Below are positions 27,570-40,576 of a stretch of 64,000 bases of DNA, in pieces. The first letter of the stretch is position 1. Each line of letters opens with the position of its first letter. Location of the stretch: NCBI GenBank assembly GCA_002633005.1, contig NMRA01000069.1:611740-675739 (forward strand). The letters are read 5' to 3'. The notes under the pieces are model-generated. The model had not been told where the DNA came from, did not search any database, and worked only from the letters and a program-made list of their open reading frames with translations. The translations under genes were made by a program, and so were the position numbers. The DNA comes from Phoronis australis. Taxonomy: Eukaryota; Animalia; Phoronida.

Positions 27570-28460
27570 TCAACTTGCCACCAAGAAGCGTCACAGTAGT
27601 CAATTTCGTCGGAACAAGACAGTCAGCCGACCTTTTTACAGTAAAAACATGTGTGCCAATTTTTAAAATCATCCATAGAGTGGTTTGGTTGACAGAGGAG
27701 CGGACGACAAAAAGACTCGAAAGCAGTAAAAAATAGCCGCTAGGTGCCGCAAAACACTCCCAATCCATCCGGAAATGAAAGATAGGCACCATTTCACTAA
27801 TATATGCCTATATGCCAAATTTTATGAAAATCCTTCAAAGAACCTTTGAATATACAGACTTTAGGTAAACTTAAAGAAATTAAATTGCCACTAGGTAGTC
27901 CAATCCGTCCTGAAATCGTTGTCATCCGTTGTCAAGATACTTGCTAAATTTAATAAAGATCTTGCAGAGCCATGGGCTGGGCGCAAAATCAAAGGAAAAT
28001 GCCACTAGGAGGTGTCACGGTAGCCGAAGTCGTCGGAAAGCCGTTGTCAGCTGCCTTTTTCACAGTAAGAACATATATGCCAATTTTCACAATCATCCTT
28101 AGAGTGGTTTGATTGATGGAGGGGTAGGCGCCAAAAATATACTCGAGGGCAGTAAAATTTGACATTAAGTGTCACCCGAAAACGAGAGGATAGCGTCATT
28201 TTATTGGCCCATGAGTCAAGTTTTATGAAAATCCGATGACATTTGAAGAATAACAGAGATAAACGAAAAAAATGCCACCGCTAGGGGGATCCGTCCGAAA
28301 TTCGTCGTCAACTGTCGTCAGCCTTATAGGAACACATCTGCCAAATCTCATCAAGGTCCTGTGAGGATTTAAGGAATACAGGTGTGGACGCCGTATCCCG
28401 GACAACCGGGCAGGCAGAGATGACAAACACTCGCATATAAATATGCGGGCAAATAAAAAC
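27570..28460 (+). mobile_element. Helentron-associated non-autonomous element (HINE/pearl-type), 5'-truncated
   Basis: Internal subrepeats gccactagg.gg; GGAC-type microsatellite near the end; terminal hairpin CGCATATAAATATGCG followed by an A-run; homologous to 33001-34247. Confidence 0.6.
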
Positions 28461-31239
28461 GTCTACATTTCTCTAACTTTAAAGCTTCGTATCAGAAATA
28501 GCTCTTCAAATTTATGTAAAATTTCATTTCTATGGTATAAAAACCTTTTACAAAATGGAACTCAGTGAAATGCTCATATTTTAGAGCACCGTATTTCGCA
28601 TTTGGATCATTTTCTTCATGAAATTCGGTCTTATTGTTAATGCCGGTGCCATCAATAAAGTCAGATGCCTGAATGACTGGCGACTAAATTTTTCATTTCG
28701 CTTTTCCAAATCAAAGAAGTGTCGGTCATATTTTTATGACTCACAGGAGTACAAACGTTTAGTAAAAACCAGAAGATTCTATGATATTTACAAGTGAACG
28801 GAACCTTGATACTATCTCATGGTGCACGCCCTCAAAAAAGAGGCAATTTTCGGTATTTCTTACCTTTTCGACTCTAGTGTCATTTTAAGGTGATGGTTCA
28901 ATGCTATCTTTGGTTCGTTGACAGTGAGGGCCAGGCCAGGGTCCTGCTAGTTAAGATCCTGTATGAACCTAGAAAAACGTCCAGAAATAGCAGTTCACAT
29001 TTAGGTAAATATTTCAAATGCTCTGATTTATTAAACTCCGCTCACGAAACAAAAATGAAATGATCATATTTTATGACATCAACGGTGTCTCTGAGATCAC
29101 ATCTCGAAACTTTTCACCAAATAAACTTCGATTGAAACCGTTGTTCAACTAGCAATTTGATATGGGATTTTAAAAAAACGTTTTCGTTTAACGTATTACG
29201 GGTACAGATTTGACGACCTCCAACATATTGAGCTGTACACTATTTATAGTAAATGCAATATGAAGAGCAAGCAATGATAGTTTACCTTATGATAGTTGCA
29301 CCTTAAATCTTTCGGAATTCGTTTTGGTTATTCCAGGGTCATAGGGGTATTGTTGGGGCTTGGGTGTGGCGTTTAAATAGACAAAACATGCATTGATAAA
29401 ATTTACAAATAATCGAAAAAATCGTCTGTTTTCAATTGACCACAAGTACATCTATTGAAAAGACCTTGTCCTTGCCAAACTGTTTTAGAACTAATAAGCT
29501 TTTTCTCGAAATTGTGAACCTTCGGCCTAATAGCACCCTTTTAAAAATGTTTTCATTTGTTGTATTATGGGTAGGGATTTGAGAACGTTCAAGGTATTGA
29601 GCTGTACACACTGCAGTATGAAACCCAAGTAATGATACTTCAGCTTTATAATTTTCGTCTTAAATTTTGTTCTTTCTTTTTCGTTAAACGAAGGTTATCT
29701 TTGGGTATGGGTATGGCGTGTAAATAGGAAAAAGTGTATTTACAAACAATCGACCTATCAATTGCTTTCAATTTGCCGTACGCAAATCAATTGAAAAAAT
29801 CTTTCTCCCTACACGGGCAGGAATCGACCACGGGAAGCACTGCTCAGCTTCATCTTGCTTCTGCATTGGCACAGGGATTCAAATATTTTTATTCAGCATG
29901 GCTTTTGTGACCTTGAACGCCATTTAGATTAATTTGTATTTAGATTAATGTGTGGTGTATGTCTTCGTATGTTAGTGCTTGTGTTTGTATGTTAGTGCTT
30001 GTGTTTGTATGTTAGTGCTTTGTTGGGCGGGATTGGAAAGTGCGTTAGCGTTAACGCAAATCCATAGGCAAGAAAAGTAACAAACCTCTAGTCCAAGCGA
30101 ATGGTAATACCATTGATAAATGGGCAGATCTGTCCATGGGATTAAAAGTGTGTCATCACGGCCTAAGCTTTTACAACACAAACGTGTAGTAAAAACTAGA
30201 AGCTTCTACGATGTTTACAAGTTAAGTTACGGAACCTTGACTCTTGTGCGATTCGTGTCAGTGGTCCTGCAGTACTTTTGGTATATTGTCATTGCTCGCA
30301 ATGTTAATGGTATACTGGTCAGCCAAAGTCAAATAGTTCGACGAAAGGCCAAGTACCTAAAAGACCTAAAATAATGATAAAAGGAAGTCAACCCCTTGGA
30401 AACAATGAAATCATATGATCTGAACTGAAAACTACAAGTGAGAAAAAGTGTGGGGTAAAGTTATGAAATGCCGGTATTCCTTGTTTTCAAAGACAAGCAA
30501 GTAAATAAATCCATCAATATCTACACAAGCCCGAAAGACCATTAGGCAAGGTTCGAATTTTCATGTCACGAGGCATTTTGAACAGTGATTTCGGGCAAAA
30601 TGTTTGGAGAGGTTTAAGCACGTGGCTTCTTAAAACGAATTCTTCGAACATCCAGTGCCTTGGTAAAGTATCCAAACAACGTTTGGCAATGTGCACTGAA
30701 CTGTCGCTTTTATTTTAATTTTCAAGTTTTGGTTTTCCGCCTCTAAAATGTTGCCGCTCCTTTGTCATTAACTTTCAATCACTGACTTCTCGTCTCTCAG
30801 ATCGTCGAATTATTTTCGCACTAATAAGCTTTTTTGTCGAATTTGCGAACATTCAGGCTGATAGGGCTTTTTTCAATGAATTTCCATTTGTTGTATTATG
30901 GCCACTTATTTGAAAACCTTCAAGGTATTGAGCTATACACTGCAGTATGAAACCCAAGCAACGATACTTTACCTTCATAATTGTCGCCTTAAATCTTTCT
31001 TCTTTTGTTTTGGTTTAACGAAGGTCGCAGGTTATCTTTGGGGTATGGGTATGGGTATGGCGTGTAAATAGACGAAAACATACCTTTTGCCTCTGGTGTT
31101 GATTCTTGTCAGTGGTCCTACAGAAATTTTGGTATACTGTCTCTGTTCCCAATGTCAGATCTTGCATGTTGATGGTGTACTAGTCAGCTAATGTCAAATA
31201 GTTTGACGAAAGGCCAAGTATCTAAAAGGCATAGACTAA

Positions 31240-31395
31240 TGTTATCAAATAGATGTTGAAATGCCGTGCAGTTACCGACGGATAAGAACATAAAATAGTA
31301 AAACTAAAACGACGAGCGTCGGTACTAAAATATATTAAAATAACCCCACGTTTCGAGCGATGAGCTCTTTGTCAAGGGTGTGCTACAGACTGTAC
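31240..31395 (-). mobile_element. Penelope-like terminal fragment carrying a minimal hammerhead-ribozyme-like motif
   Basis: Insertion relative to the macrosatellite unit; minus strand of 31341-31380 reads CACCC-TTGACAA-AGAGCTCATCGCTC-GAAA-CGT-G-GGGTTA. Confidence 0.55.
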
Positions 31396-33000
31396 AATAA
31401 TGTTAAAAGGAAGTCAACCCCCTAGAAAAAATTAAATGATGTGATCTGAATTGAAAGTTTCAAGGTAAAAAGTGTGGGCCAAAATTATGAAATCGCGGTA
31501 TTAATGACTCCAAAGGTTTGCAAGTAAACAAATCCATCAATTCAAATATCCTCACAAGTCCGAGAGACCATTAGTTCGAAAGCTAAAAATTTAAACTTTC
31601 ATAATACGCGGTTCTGAACAGTGATTTCGAACAAAATGATTGGAGATTTGTAAGCACGTGCCTCCCTGGAACCAATTCTTCCAAGAGCCAGTGCCTTGGT
31701 AAAGCATCCAAACAAAGTTTGACAAAGTGCACTGAGCTGTCGCTTTTATTAACATTTTCAACTTTTGGAATACAGTCACTAAAATTTTGTTGCTCCTCTG
31801 CCGTTGAAGTTTGAATCACTGGCTTCTGGTCTCTTCAATTGTCGAACTGCTTTCGAACTAATAAGTTTTTTGTCGAGTTTGTGAAATTGCTGCCTGATAG
31901 GGCTTTTTGTAAACATTTTCGTTTGTCGTATAACGAGTACAGATTTGAAAACCTTAAAGGTATTGGGCTTCACCCTATTTAATGCAGTATGAAACCCAAG
32001 CAACAATAGTTTATCTTCATAATTTTCGTCTGAAGAACTGCTTCGTCTGTTTTGGTTATTCGAGGATCGCAGCGTATTGCTGGGGTATAGATACTGCGTG
32101 TAAACACACAAAACGAGTATTGAAAAAATTTACAAACAATTGCCAAATCAACTGTTTTCAATTTCTCACACGCAGATCAATTGCAAATCCTTGTCCTTAC
32201 TCCGCCACAAATTGATACCGGGAACCACAGCCTAGCTTCATCCCGTTGTGGCATCTGTAGAGGAAGTCAAATAATGACATTCAGCACACATTTTGTGACT
32301 TCGAACGTCAGTTGGATTAATTGGTGATGTTTTTAGGTTTGTTAGGACTGGTATTAGTATTTAATTGGAATTGTTGGCGGGATTAGAATGTGTGTTTGCA
32401 TCAACGTTAATGCACAAGCAACAAAAGCAACAAACGTCTAGTCCAAGCGAATGAAACTACAATTGATAGATGGACAGATCTACAGTCTATCCATTGGAAT
32501 AAATGAGCGTCATCACGGCCAAAGTATTGATATATGAGGAGAACCCATAGTAAGTACAACTAAAATACAGCTAACACTAGAAATGTATTTAACGATCTGA
32601 ACAGCACATTGTTGTAACAGGTGGAGAACTGTAACTGCACGTGACAGCCAGCCCAAAATGTTATCAATAACGAAAGTAACGCACCTCAGTTGTACCTTGT
32701 GTATCGGGTAAGACAGCATCTCATGAAGTACGACCTCAAGGAAGAGGCAATCTCCTGGATTTTTTACTTTTCCTATTCTGGTGTCATTACATGGTGACGG
32801 TTCAGTGACATTTTTGTTCGCTGCCAGTGATGGCAAGCACAGCATCCTGCTACTTCGGGTGCTGCGTGGCCATAGAAAGTGTTCACATTTCTCTAATTTT
32901 AAAGGTTGATATCTTAGAAATAGCGGTTCAGATTTTTGTAAAATCTCCCATGTTAATGGTATATTGGTCAGCCAGTAGTTTGACGAAAGAACAAGTCCCT

Positions 33001-34247
33001 AAACAAGAGCAACGCGGAGCTTTGAAATGCGCCCACGAATGCATCGCAAATGGTGTGCTTTTAGGGTTATTTATTTGTATAATAAAAATGGCCACTAGAT
33101 GGCGCAAAAACGTACAATCCATCCAAAACGGGAACATGCCATATTTCATAAAAATCTGTCAAGGAACTTCAGAGAAACAAAGGAAAATGGAATAACATGA
33201 AATTGCCACTTGTGGGCACAGCGTTCGTTGGATCCGCCTGAAAGTCGTCGTCTGTTTTTATCTTCATATAAATACACTTACTAAATTTAATAAGATCCTG
33301 AAGTGGGTTTAGGAAATATAGCTATGGGCGCAAAACAAAACATAACTACCACTAGGAGGCGCCACAGTAGTCAGTTGCCATCATCAAACGTCCTCTTTGC
33401 ACTGAAAACATATACGCCAATTTTCAAAACTATCCCTAGAATGATTTCTTTGATTGAGGGGTGGACAAGATTTGAAAACAGTAAAAATGGCCACTAGATG
33501 GTGCAAACTAGGTCGAATCTATCTGAAAACGGAGAGATAGCGTCACTTAATTAACAGATGCGTGTATGCCAAATTTTATGAAAATACGTTGAGGACGTTT
33601 GAACACACAGAGGTAAACGTAAAAAAATAAAATTGCCAGTAGGTGGCACACCAGTGGTCAGATCTGTCCGAAAGTCGTTGTCTTCCGTCGTCAACATCAC
33701 ATAAATACTAAATTTATTAAAGATCCTGCGAACGGCATAGGACATGCAGCCATAGGCGCAAAAAAACTGCCACTAGGAGGCGCCATAGTAGTCGAAGTGG
33801 TCGGAAAATCATCGTCATACATGCCAATTTTCACAATCATCCTTTGAGCGGTTTGGTTGATAGAGGGGTGGACGCAAAAAAACAAACTCGAAAACAGCAA
33901 AACATGGCCACTAGGTGGCTCAGACTACGTCAAATCCATCTGAAAACGGAAGGTTAGCCTCATCTCACTAATAGGTGTCTATGTACCAATTTTTATGAAA
34001 ATCCGTTCAGGACTTTTGAAGTTAGAGGTAAACGTAAAAAACTAAAATTGCCACTAGGGGTCACACCAATAGTCGGATCCGCCTGAAAATTCGCTCATGC
34101 CGTCCCATCCACGGAAGAAACACATGTGCAAAACTTCCTGAACATACGTCCAGGCGTTTTGGAGCGGACGCCGGACGCCGGACTCCGAACGGATGGACGG
34201 AGATGACGGCATAATGAGTCCACATATAAATATGTTTGCGCATAAAA
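33001..34247 (+). mobile_element. Helentron-associated non-autonomous element (HINE/pearl-type) with tandem core repeats
   Basis: Starts AAACAAGAG; repeated cores aaa.tgccactag.tggc; (GGAC/GGACGCC)n; terminal CATATAAATATG hairpin; ends CATAAAA. Inserted into the A-run of the macrosatellite motif aagtc.ctaaaa.ct. Confidence 0.7.
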
Positions 34248-35819
34248 TCTATAATCAGGTTCGAAAGAAGTTAATCCCCTCGAAACAATGAGCCCATATG
34301 ATCTGAATTGAAAACTACAAGTGAGAACAATTGTGGGCGGAAGGTATGAAATTACGGAATTCATGGCTCCGAAAGTTTACTAGTCGACAAATAAACAAAT
34401 CCGAAGATCAACACAGTCTGAAAGAATATTAGTTGTTTTACTATCAGTTTGATAGGGCTGTTTTTAGAAACGTTTTTATTTGCCTGATAGGGTATTTTAA
34501 AAAAATCATTCAATGTTACATAACTTGCCTTCAGGCTTGTGAACCTTCGGAGTATCGAGCTCCATCTTATTTATACTAATGCACTGTGACTTGCACGCTA
34601 CTTTAAATTTCCTTCTTTATTTTAGTCTTCGGTTGTTAATTTTCAGTCTTTCATGCTTCTTCTTCCGTCTGTTATCCGTGAGTCGGATCGTATCGTTGTG
34701 GCGTGGGCATGGTAAGTAAATAAACGAAAACGTTCATTAATAAATTTACAAACAACTATTGTTTTCAATTTGCCATTCGGAAACTAATTCAAAAATCCTT
34801 ATCCCTGCCACGGTAGTAATCGATCACGGGAACCACTGTTCAGCTCCATTTGATCTTGGAATTTGCAGAGGAATTCAAATAACACCACTTAGCATGCATT
34901 TTGTGACCTTGAACGTCGTTTGGATTTATTCATGCTGCATTTCTTGATATGTTAGGATTGGTGTTACTATGTTAATGCAATTGTTAGTCGGGATTAAAAA
35001 GAGTGTTAGCGTCAACGCGAATGTACCAGCAAGACAAGTAACAAACGCTTAGTGCAAGCAAATGGTAATAAATATGATGGATGGAGAGCTTTGTCTGTTC
35101 GAAGTACATGTGCGTCATCGGAACCCAAACACTAATACTCGAGTACAACTCAATTATCTGGACACCATACATTTGTCACAAGTGGGTAACTGTAACTGAA
35201 AGTGTCAGCCAGACAAAAATGTTATCAATAACGAAAGTTACACACCTTTATCGCCCTTCATGTATCGGGTAAGACAGGATCTCATGGTGCACGCCCTCAC
35301 GTAAGAGGCAACTCCTGGGATTTTTTACCTTTCCGACTCTGGTGTCATTTTGTGTTGGTGGCTCAGCGACATCTTGGCCGGGTGCACTGCCAGTTGTGGC
35401 GAGGTCCTGTATGACCATAGAAAAAACGTCAGCATTTCTCTAACTTTGAAGCTTCAAAATCTTGTATATTTCCCCAACATTGAAGTTTTATATCTCAGAA
35501 ATAGCTGTCCAGATTTATGTAAAACTTCCAAATTCAAGGACTTAAACACCGTTTACAAAACGAATTTAAAATAAAATCATGATATTTTAGAACATTAATA
35601 TTTTTTTGAGATTACGCCTTGGAACATTTTCATCAAATGAAATTCGAACTTGTTATCGATGCCGTTGTTTTGCTATTACTGTGCTTTTCTTTTCTTTTTC
35701 GCTAAATTTTAATTAAGGGAAATATTCTTGTGAGGCAATTATTATGAATATCAGACAAGTAAAAACCGAAACTTCAAATTTTACTTGGGTTTCTAGTTTC
35801 CGATGATATAAACATTTAA

Positions 35820-37486
35820 AGGAGCATGCCACCCAAAAAACAACCTAATTTGTATCAATTTAGATCGAGTAGTTCTACTCCATAACGACACGTACGGTTG
35901 CGTTATTTGACACCTGACGGCAGACGGAGGTGTTGAAATTATCCAATGACGTCATCGGTTTCACACGCAGTCTGTCAAGCAGTTCACAACACGGGTTACT
36001 GGTGTTAGCTTATCGCTTGAAGTCATCGTTCAACACCAATAAAACATCAAACTTTGATGTAAAACCCTTTAAAGTACACCGAGTTCTTATAAAAACGTGT
36101 TGTTTTATTTCACTCTTACGGATTTATTTGTATTTGGACACACCGTAGCCTACAAAGTTCGGCAGGCCAACAAGGTCCGTAGCAGGAGTTTGGAGTCTGT
36201 TCGGAGATAATTTCGAAGTATTTTCCGTGAGATACAGACAGGAAAACCTAGATCTGTGTTGTTTAGACTAATAATTTTTTGAGTTCTAGACACAAAACGC
36301 TCGTTATCGTGGGTAGTGGCTCGGTGCCCGATCCAGCCCGTCGCGGCCGGCCGGGTTGACTTCATTGTTATCCCGGCCAGTGGCTCGGAAACTGATCAGA
36401 CATTACGAACATAAACCAGCCAAAGTTCAGAGGAAACTAAACTTCGAGTCGTGAAAATACTATACTAGTGAGCCAAAGTAATGTGCACGTGATTATGTTG
36501 GTGAATTAGCCACGAAACTGCAAATCTACTTACTCGTCGGGGGCCGCGAATTCACTCGGGTTCCGCTTTGGCCACAGCACCGTCTGGTCAGAAGTTGTAC
36601 ATTGACAATCATTATTTGAGTAATGTAAACGTAAATAAAGATTCCCCTAACACCCAGCCGTGGGATGGAAATCGAGTTGTTTCGCAACAGTTTCTGCCAG
36701 CAAACACTAAATTAGAATGAGCTCACACGGCCTCGGTGTCCCGTCAATTAATTTTATTGCACCTAAAGCTGGTAACGCAGTGATTTATTGCTGGCTTCTC
36801 AAATCATTTGCACTCACAAACACTCCAAAGGCCTTACAAATTACATCTAATGAGACAGACTTTGTTTCAGTTGGTTAGGGTGAGAAGGCATTTTGAAACA
36901 GAACGCTCAGTACTAAACGCCAACATAGCAACTCGCAATCCCGACTTAAGACGAGCTAGAGCTCATCAGTCCCGACTTCGCAGGTGGATCGTTAAGTTTT
37001 ACAGGCTATCAATTCGAACAGGAATACAGTGATGAAGAAATACTAGAAAGGCGCCGTGAACATGCACAGGCAACGGAACTTATGGATAGTTCTTTGGTAA
37101 GCCGGAATTCGTCAGAGAAATCACTGTCGACAAAATGCCGGCCACAGACACGGAGAAGTTTCACGGCCTCATACTTGCTATTAACAGCATACTTTTCATT
37201 CTTCACTACCGCGAGCCACTTCGTAAGCATTTTGGGCTCTCGAACAAGTCGAAAAAACGATATACCTGCTTTCTTCGCAGCTTCATAGTTCGGACAAACG
37301 GGAACCGGTGCACCGCAATATAGCGGCATTCACTCTGCATATGAACCACTAGCGTCATTTCTCACCTTCCTCACAGGTTAACGCGACACCTCTTGGCAAG
37401 GTAAGGTCGACCGTATGCGAGGCGATGTGGATATAGACCGATTAAGACGGCAAAAAAGACTAAGTTAAATCTGGTGGCATTCTCCT
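35820..37486 (-). mobile_element. Non-autonomous Kolobok DNA transposon, copy 2 (inverted relative to copy 1)
   Basis: TTAA|AGGAGCATGCCACC ... GGTGGCATTCTCCT|TTAA (TSD 35816-35819, 37487-37490); highly similar to 577-2410. Confidence 0.88.
37009..37329 (-). pseudogene. THAP domain ORF (Kolobok transposase N-terminus, truncated)
   Basis: MPLYCGAPVPVCPN...ISFFRL...KWL..VK...RVCGRHF carries all four C2CH ligands, then runs into the antisense KolX stub. Confidence 0.75.
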
Positions 37487-39663
37487 TTAAGGAGTTAAAA
37501 TATTTAATTTTGTAAAAAATTAGCTAAAATCGCATACTTGGCAATAAAGTCCAATCAACCTTCGAGGACGAATTAAACATACATGAGCCGAGGTGAGTGT
37601 ATTTCATATTGTGAAGTATACATTGAAAGAAATTTGGTTAGGAAAGTAAAAAGATGCCCCAAAAAACTTGTAACTGAAGTGTAAAACATTTTAAATGCTT
37701 TTTTCTCATGAAAGTTGAACGGTAACACACTTCTCAATTCTGTTGTCAGTCGTATTAGTGGTACTGCAGGAACTTTTTGATGCACTGTAACCCGTCGTGA
37801 CGTCGTGGTCCTGTATGGTCCCGTAAGGATGATAAACCTTATATTGATGATGTCAACCAATCCACTTTCTGTCAACTGCTTTGCATCTTTAGTGTCAATC
37901 TTCCAAAATAAAAGCAGGAACCAACTGAAAAAACTTATACTTCCTCTCTCATAAATTGCACGTTGTGGTCCTTGACGGGTGGCCTTTTCCAAAGGTGCTG
38001 TGTAACTTGCTAAAAGCGTATCTCACGCTTGCCCGTTTAGCAGAATTTGTTAGAAGTTTTCAAAATTTCCTACAGACTTTTGAGGGTTGGCGATAATTAT
38101 TTTGTTTCATAGAACTGGACGGGGAAAGTCGTTTTTAGTACATGTATGTGTAAGTAGGCCAAAACCGAGTTTGGTATCCTTTTAATGATAAACAAAGCCC
38201 AGCTATTTAACAAATGACAAAGTCGCTCAAATAAAATACAACAATTTAGACTAAATGTAGTTCACTTCCGAGAAGGAATATAATACAGGCGATCCGAACT
38301 GAGAGCCTATAGTGTATTTTATATTGACAAGATCTCCCAGTTATACAATTACCAACGCAATTTTTGAGAGACTGCACTGAAACCAGTAACTGTTGTGAAA
38401 CCGTGTACTTGAATAAAGACGTATTCCTGAATTAGATTTTTCACTTCGCTTTTCCAAATAAAACAAGCGATCGATCATGTTTTGATGGCTCAAATGAGTA
38501 CACACATGTACTCAAAACCGGTAACTGCCAGGATACTGATTTACAGCTGGACGGTACCATATCTTTGGCCCTGGTGTCATTCGTGTTAGTGGTCCTTCTG
38601 CACTTTTGGTACACTGTAACTGCTCGCGACGTCAGGTGCCGTGGGTAAGTGGTACACTAGTCAGTCAAAGTCCACTAGTTCGACGACTTGCCAAGTCGCT
38701 AAAAATTGCACAATAAGAAGTGATCAACCTTATATGACCTGAATTGAAAACTTCAACTGAGAAAGAATGTGTACAGAGTTTATATGAAATTGAGGTATTC
38801 ATGGGTCGCAAGGTTTGCAAGTCTAAAAATCCATAAATCTGAAGACTTATCCTCACAATTATGAAAACCCACCGAAGGTTATAAATTTGAACTTTCATGA
38901 CACTAGGTCTCGAACAGTGATTTTGAGCAAAACGTTCAGGGATTTATTTACACACGGCTGCTTGAAACTAGTTCTTCGAAGAGCCTGTGCCTCTCAAAAT
39001 GGTATCCAAACATGAAGTTGGGCGATTCACCGAGTTGCTGTAGTTGTTTACATGTTCGAAGTATGGTTTAGCTGCTTGGCTGTCGTTGACTTTGAATCGC
39101 TGGTTTCTGGCATCATAGACCTTCGGACTAGATTCGAACTAACTTGTTTTTTTCTTTTTGTCGGATTTGTGAACCTTCGGCCTTATAATGCCTTTTTATT
39201 CATTTGTGGTATTTTGAGAGATCGAATTTGTGAACCTTTGGAGTATCGAGCTGTACCCTATTTATACTAATATAGTATAACACGCAAGCAACGTTAGATT
39301 ACATAAACCCCCTGTTAGATTATCTTCTTAATTTTCGTCTTCCACCTTTCTTCCGTCTTGGTTATCCGTGGGTCGCAGCTTGTTGTTTATATATGGGTAT
39401 GGCGTGCAAATAGACAAAACGTGCAGTAATGAAATTTACAGACAATCGGCAAATCAACTACTGTTTTCCACTTCACACTTTCGAGATTAATTGAAAAATC
39501 TACCAAGGCAGTTATCGATCACGGGAACCAATGTTCTGATCCATATGTTGGGGGTCATCCTGATGTGTTCCCGTTTTATGCATATCGGGATTCTACATAT
39601 GTACGTGTCCGGGGTTCGGTATTTCTAGTTTCCATTGCATCGGACGGAGTTCTATGTGTCCTG

Positions 39664-39815
39664 GCGTGCGTTCAGTAGACGCTAGGACCTACGCTAGGAC
39701 CTAGCTAAAACCTAGTCAAAGTCACGTGTTCTCATTTAAAATGCACGACAATTTCTCACGTAATCTCGCGAAGTCGTGCTCTTTAGCGAGGTCCTAGCGT
39801 TACTGAACGGGAGGC
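39664..39815. mobile_element. PIF/Harbinger-like MITE (3-bp CWG TSD), nested at the end of a Mutator-like palindromic MITE
   Basis: GCGTGCGTTCAGTA...TACTGAACGGGAGG flanked by CTG/CTG; inverted copy at ~44831-44969 with the same TSD type; more diverged copy at ~44540-44690. Confidence 0.65.
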
Positions 39816-39978
39816 TGGTGTGGTAGCTGTGATTGTCCCCCTGCAGAGAATGTCCTAGCTGCATGTATTTGAATGCCGGTGTACTGGCACGTTAATCAAT
39901 GGATTAGCCAGATGCTTCATTCAAATTCACGCAAGCCGGACAATTTCTCCAGGGGGACAATGGCTACTTTCACACCGA
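39816..39978. mobile_element. Palindromic Mutator-like MITE
   Basis: GGTGTGGTAGC..ATTGTCCCCCTG / CAGGGGGACAATGGCTAC..CACACC; direct repeat GAGTTCTATGTGTC at 39647-39660 and 39977-39990 flanks the composite. Confidence 0.6.
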
Positions 39979-40508
39979 GTTCTATGTGTCATTGGTCAGT
40001 GCTCGATGAGCCAAGAAAATTAACATACCCAAGTTCGTCGTTTGCGACCTAGCCGAAATCTCGAAAACTAAAGGCGCATTTTCAAGTGAGCTAGCATTCT
40101 AAAATTCCATGGGGCATTGCTTTATCTGACAACGACCAGAATCCAATGCAACTAAGGAGAATAATTACATAAAAATAACACGTTACTTTATTACTTGTTG
40201 AATTTATGCCCTAAATCAGGATCGAAAAGCACCTGACAACTGTCACGTGGGCCTAAATGGCAAGTGTTGCTAAAACTTGCACTCTCGTCCGCTTAGCGTC
40301 TGGACTATTGCGCTAAACACAGAGACACAAAAACCCGGACAGATAGGATCCGGAGTCCATAAAACGGGACGCATGTTAGGGCCCCAGTTAGTATGTTAGT
40401 ACAATTGTTAGCCGAGATTAGAAAGAGCGTTAAATTCAGCAAGTCAAATAACAAACGTCTAGTGCAAGCTAATGATAATACATTTGATAGATGAATAGAT
40501 ATATGCAT

Positions 40509-40509
<1 letters not shown>

Positions 40510-40576
<67 letters not shown>
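40510..40576. repeat. (AAT)n microsatellite
   Basis: About 22 perfect AAT units. Confidence 0.98.

Larger units (their letters stand above)
35717..38340. mobile_element. Unclassified insertion hosting Kolobok copy 2
   Basis: Macrosatellite homology stops at ~35710 (gctaaatttt) and resumes at ~38360 (tttttgagagactg); weak inverted ends GGGAAATATTCTTGT / ACAAGATCTCCC. Confidence 0.45.

Noticed and set aside
31583-32845. Minus-strand ORFs of the macrosatellite read as a sulfotransferase/GPCR/glycosyltransferase (e.g. DCIPKV)
   Set aside because: Motifs are not followed by family-diagnostic residues, and stops recur in other copies; the plus-strand LRR reading fits better.
37573-37992. 139-aa minus-strand ORF
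   Set aside because: Non-ATG start, no recognisable motif, and located inside an insertion.
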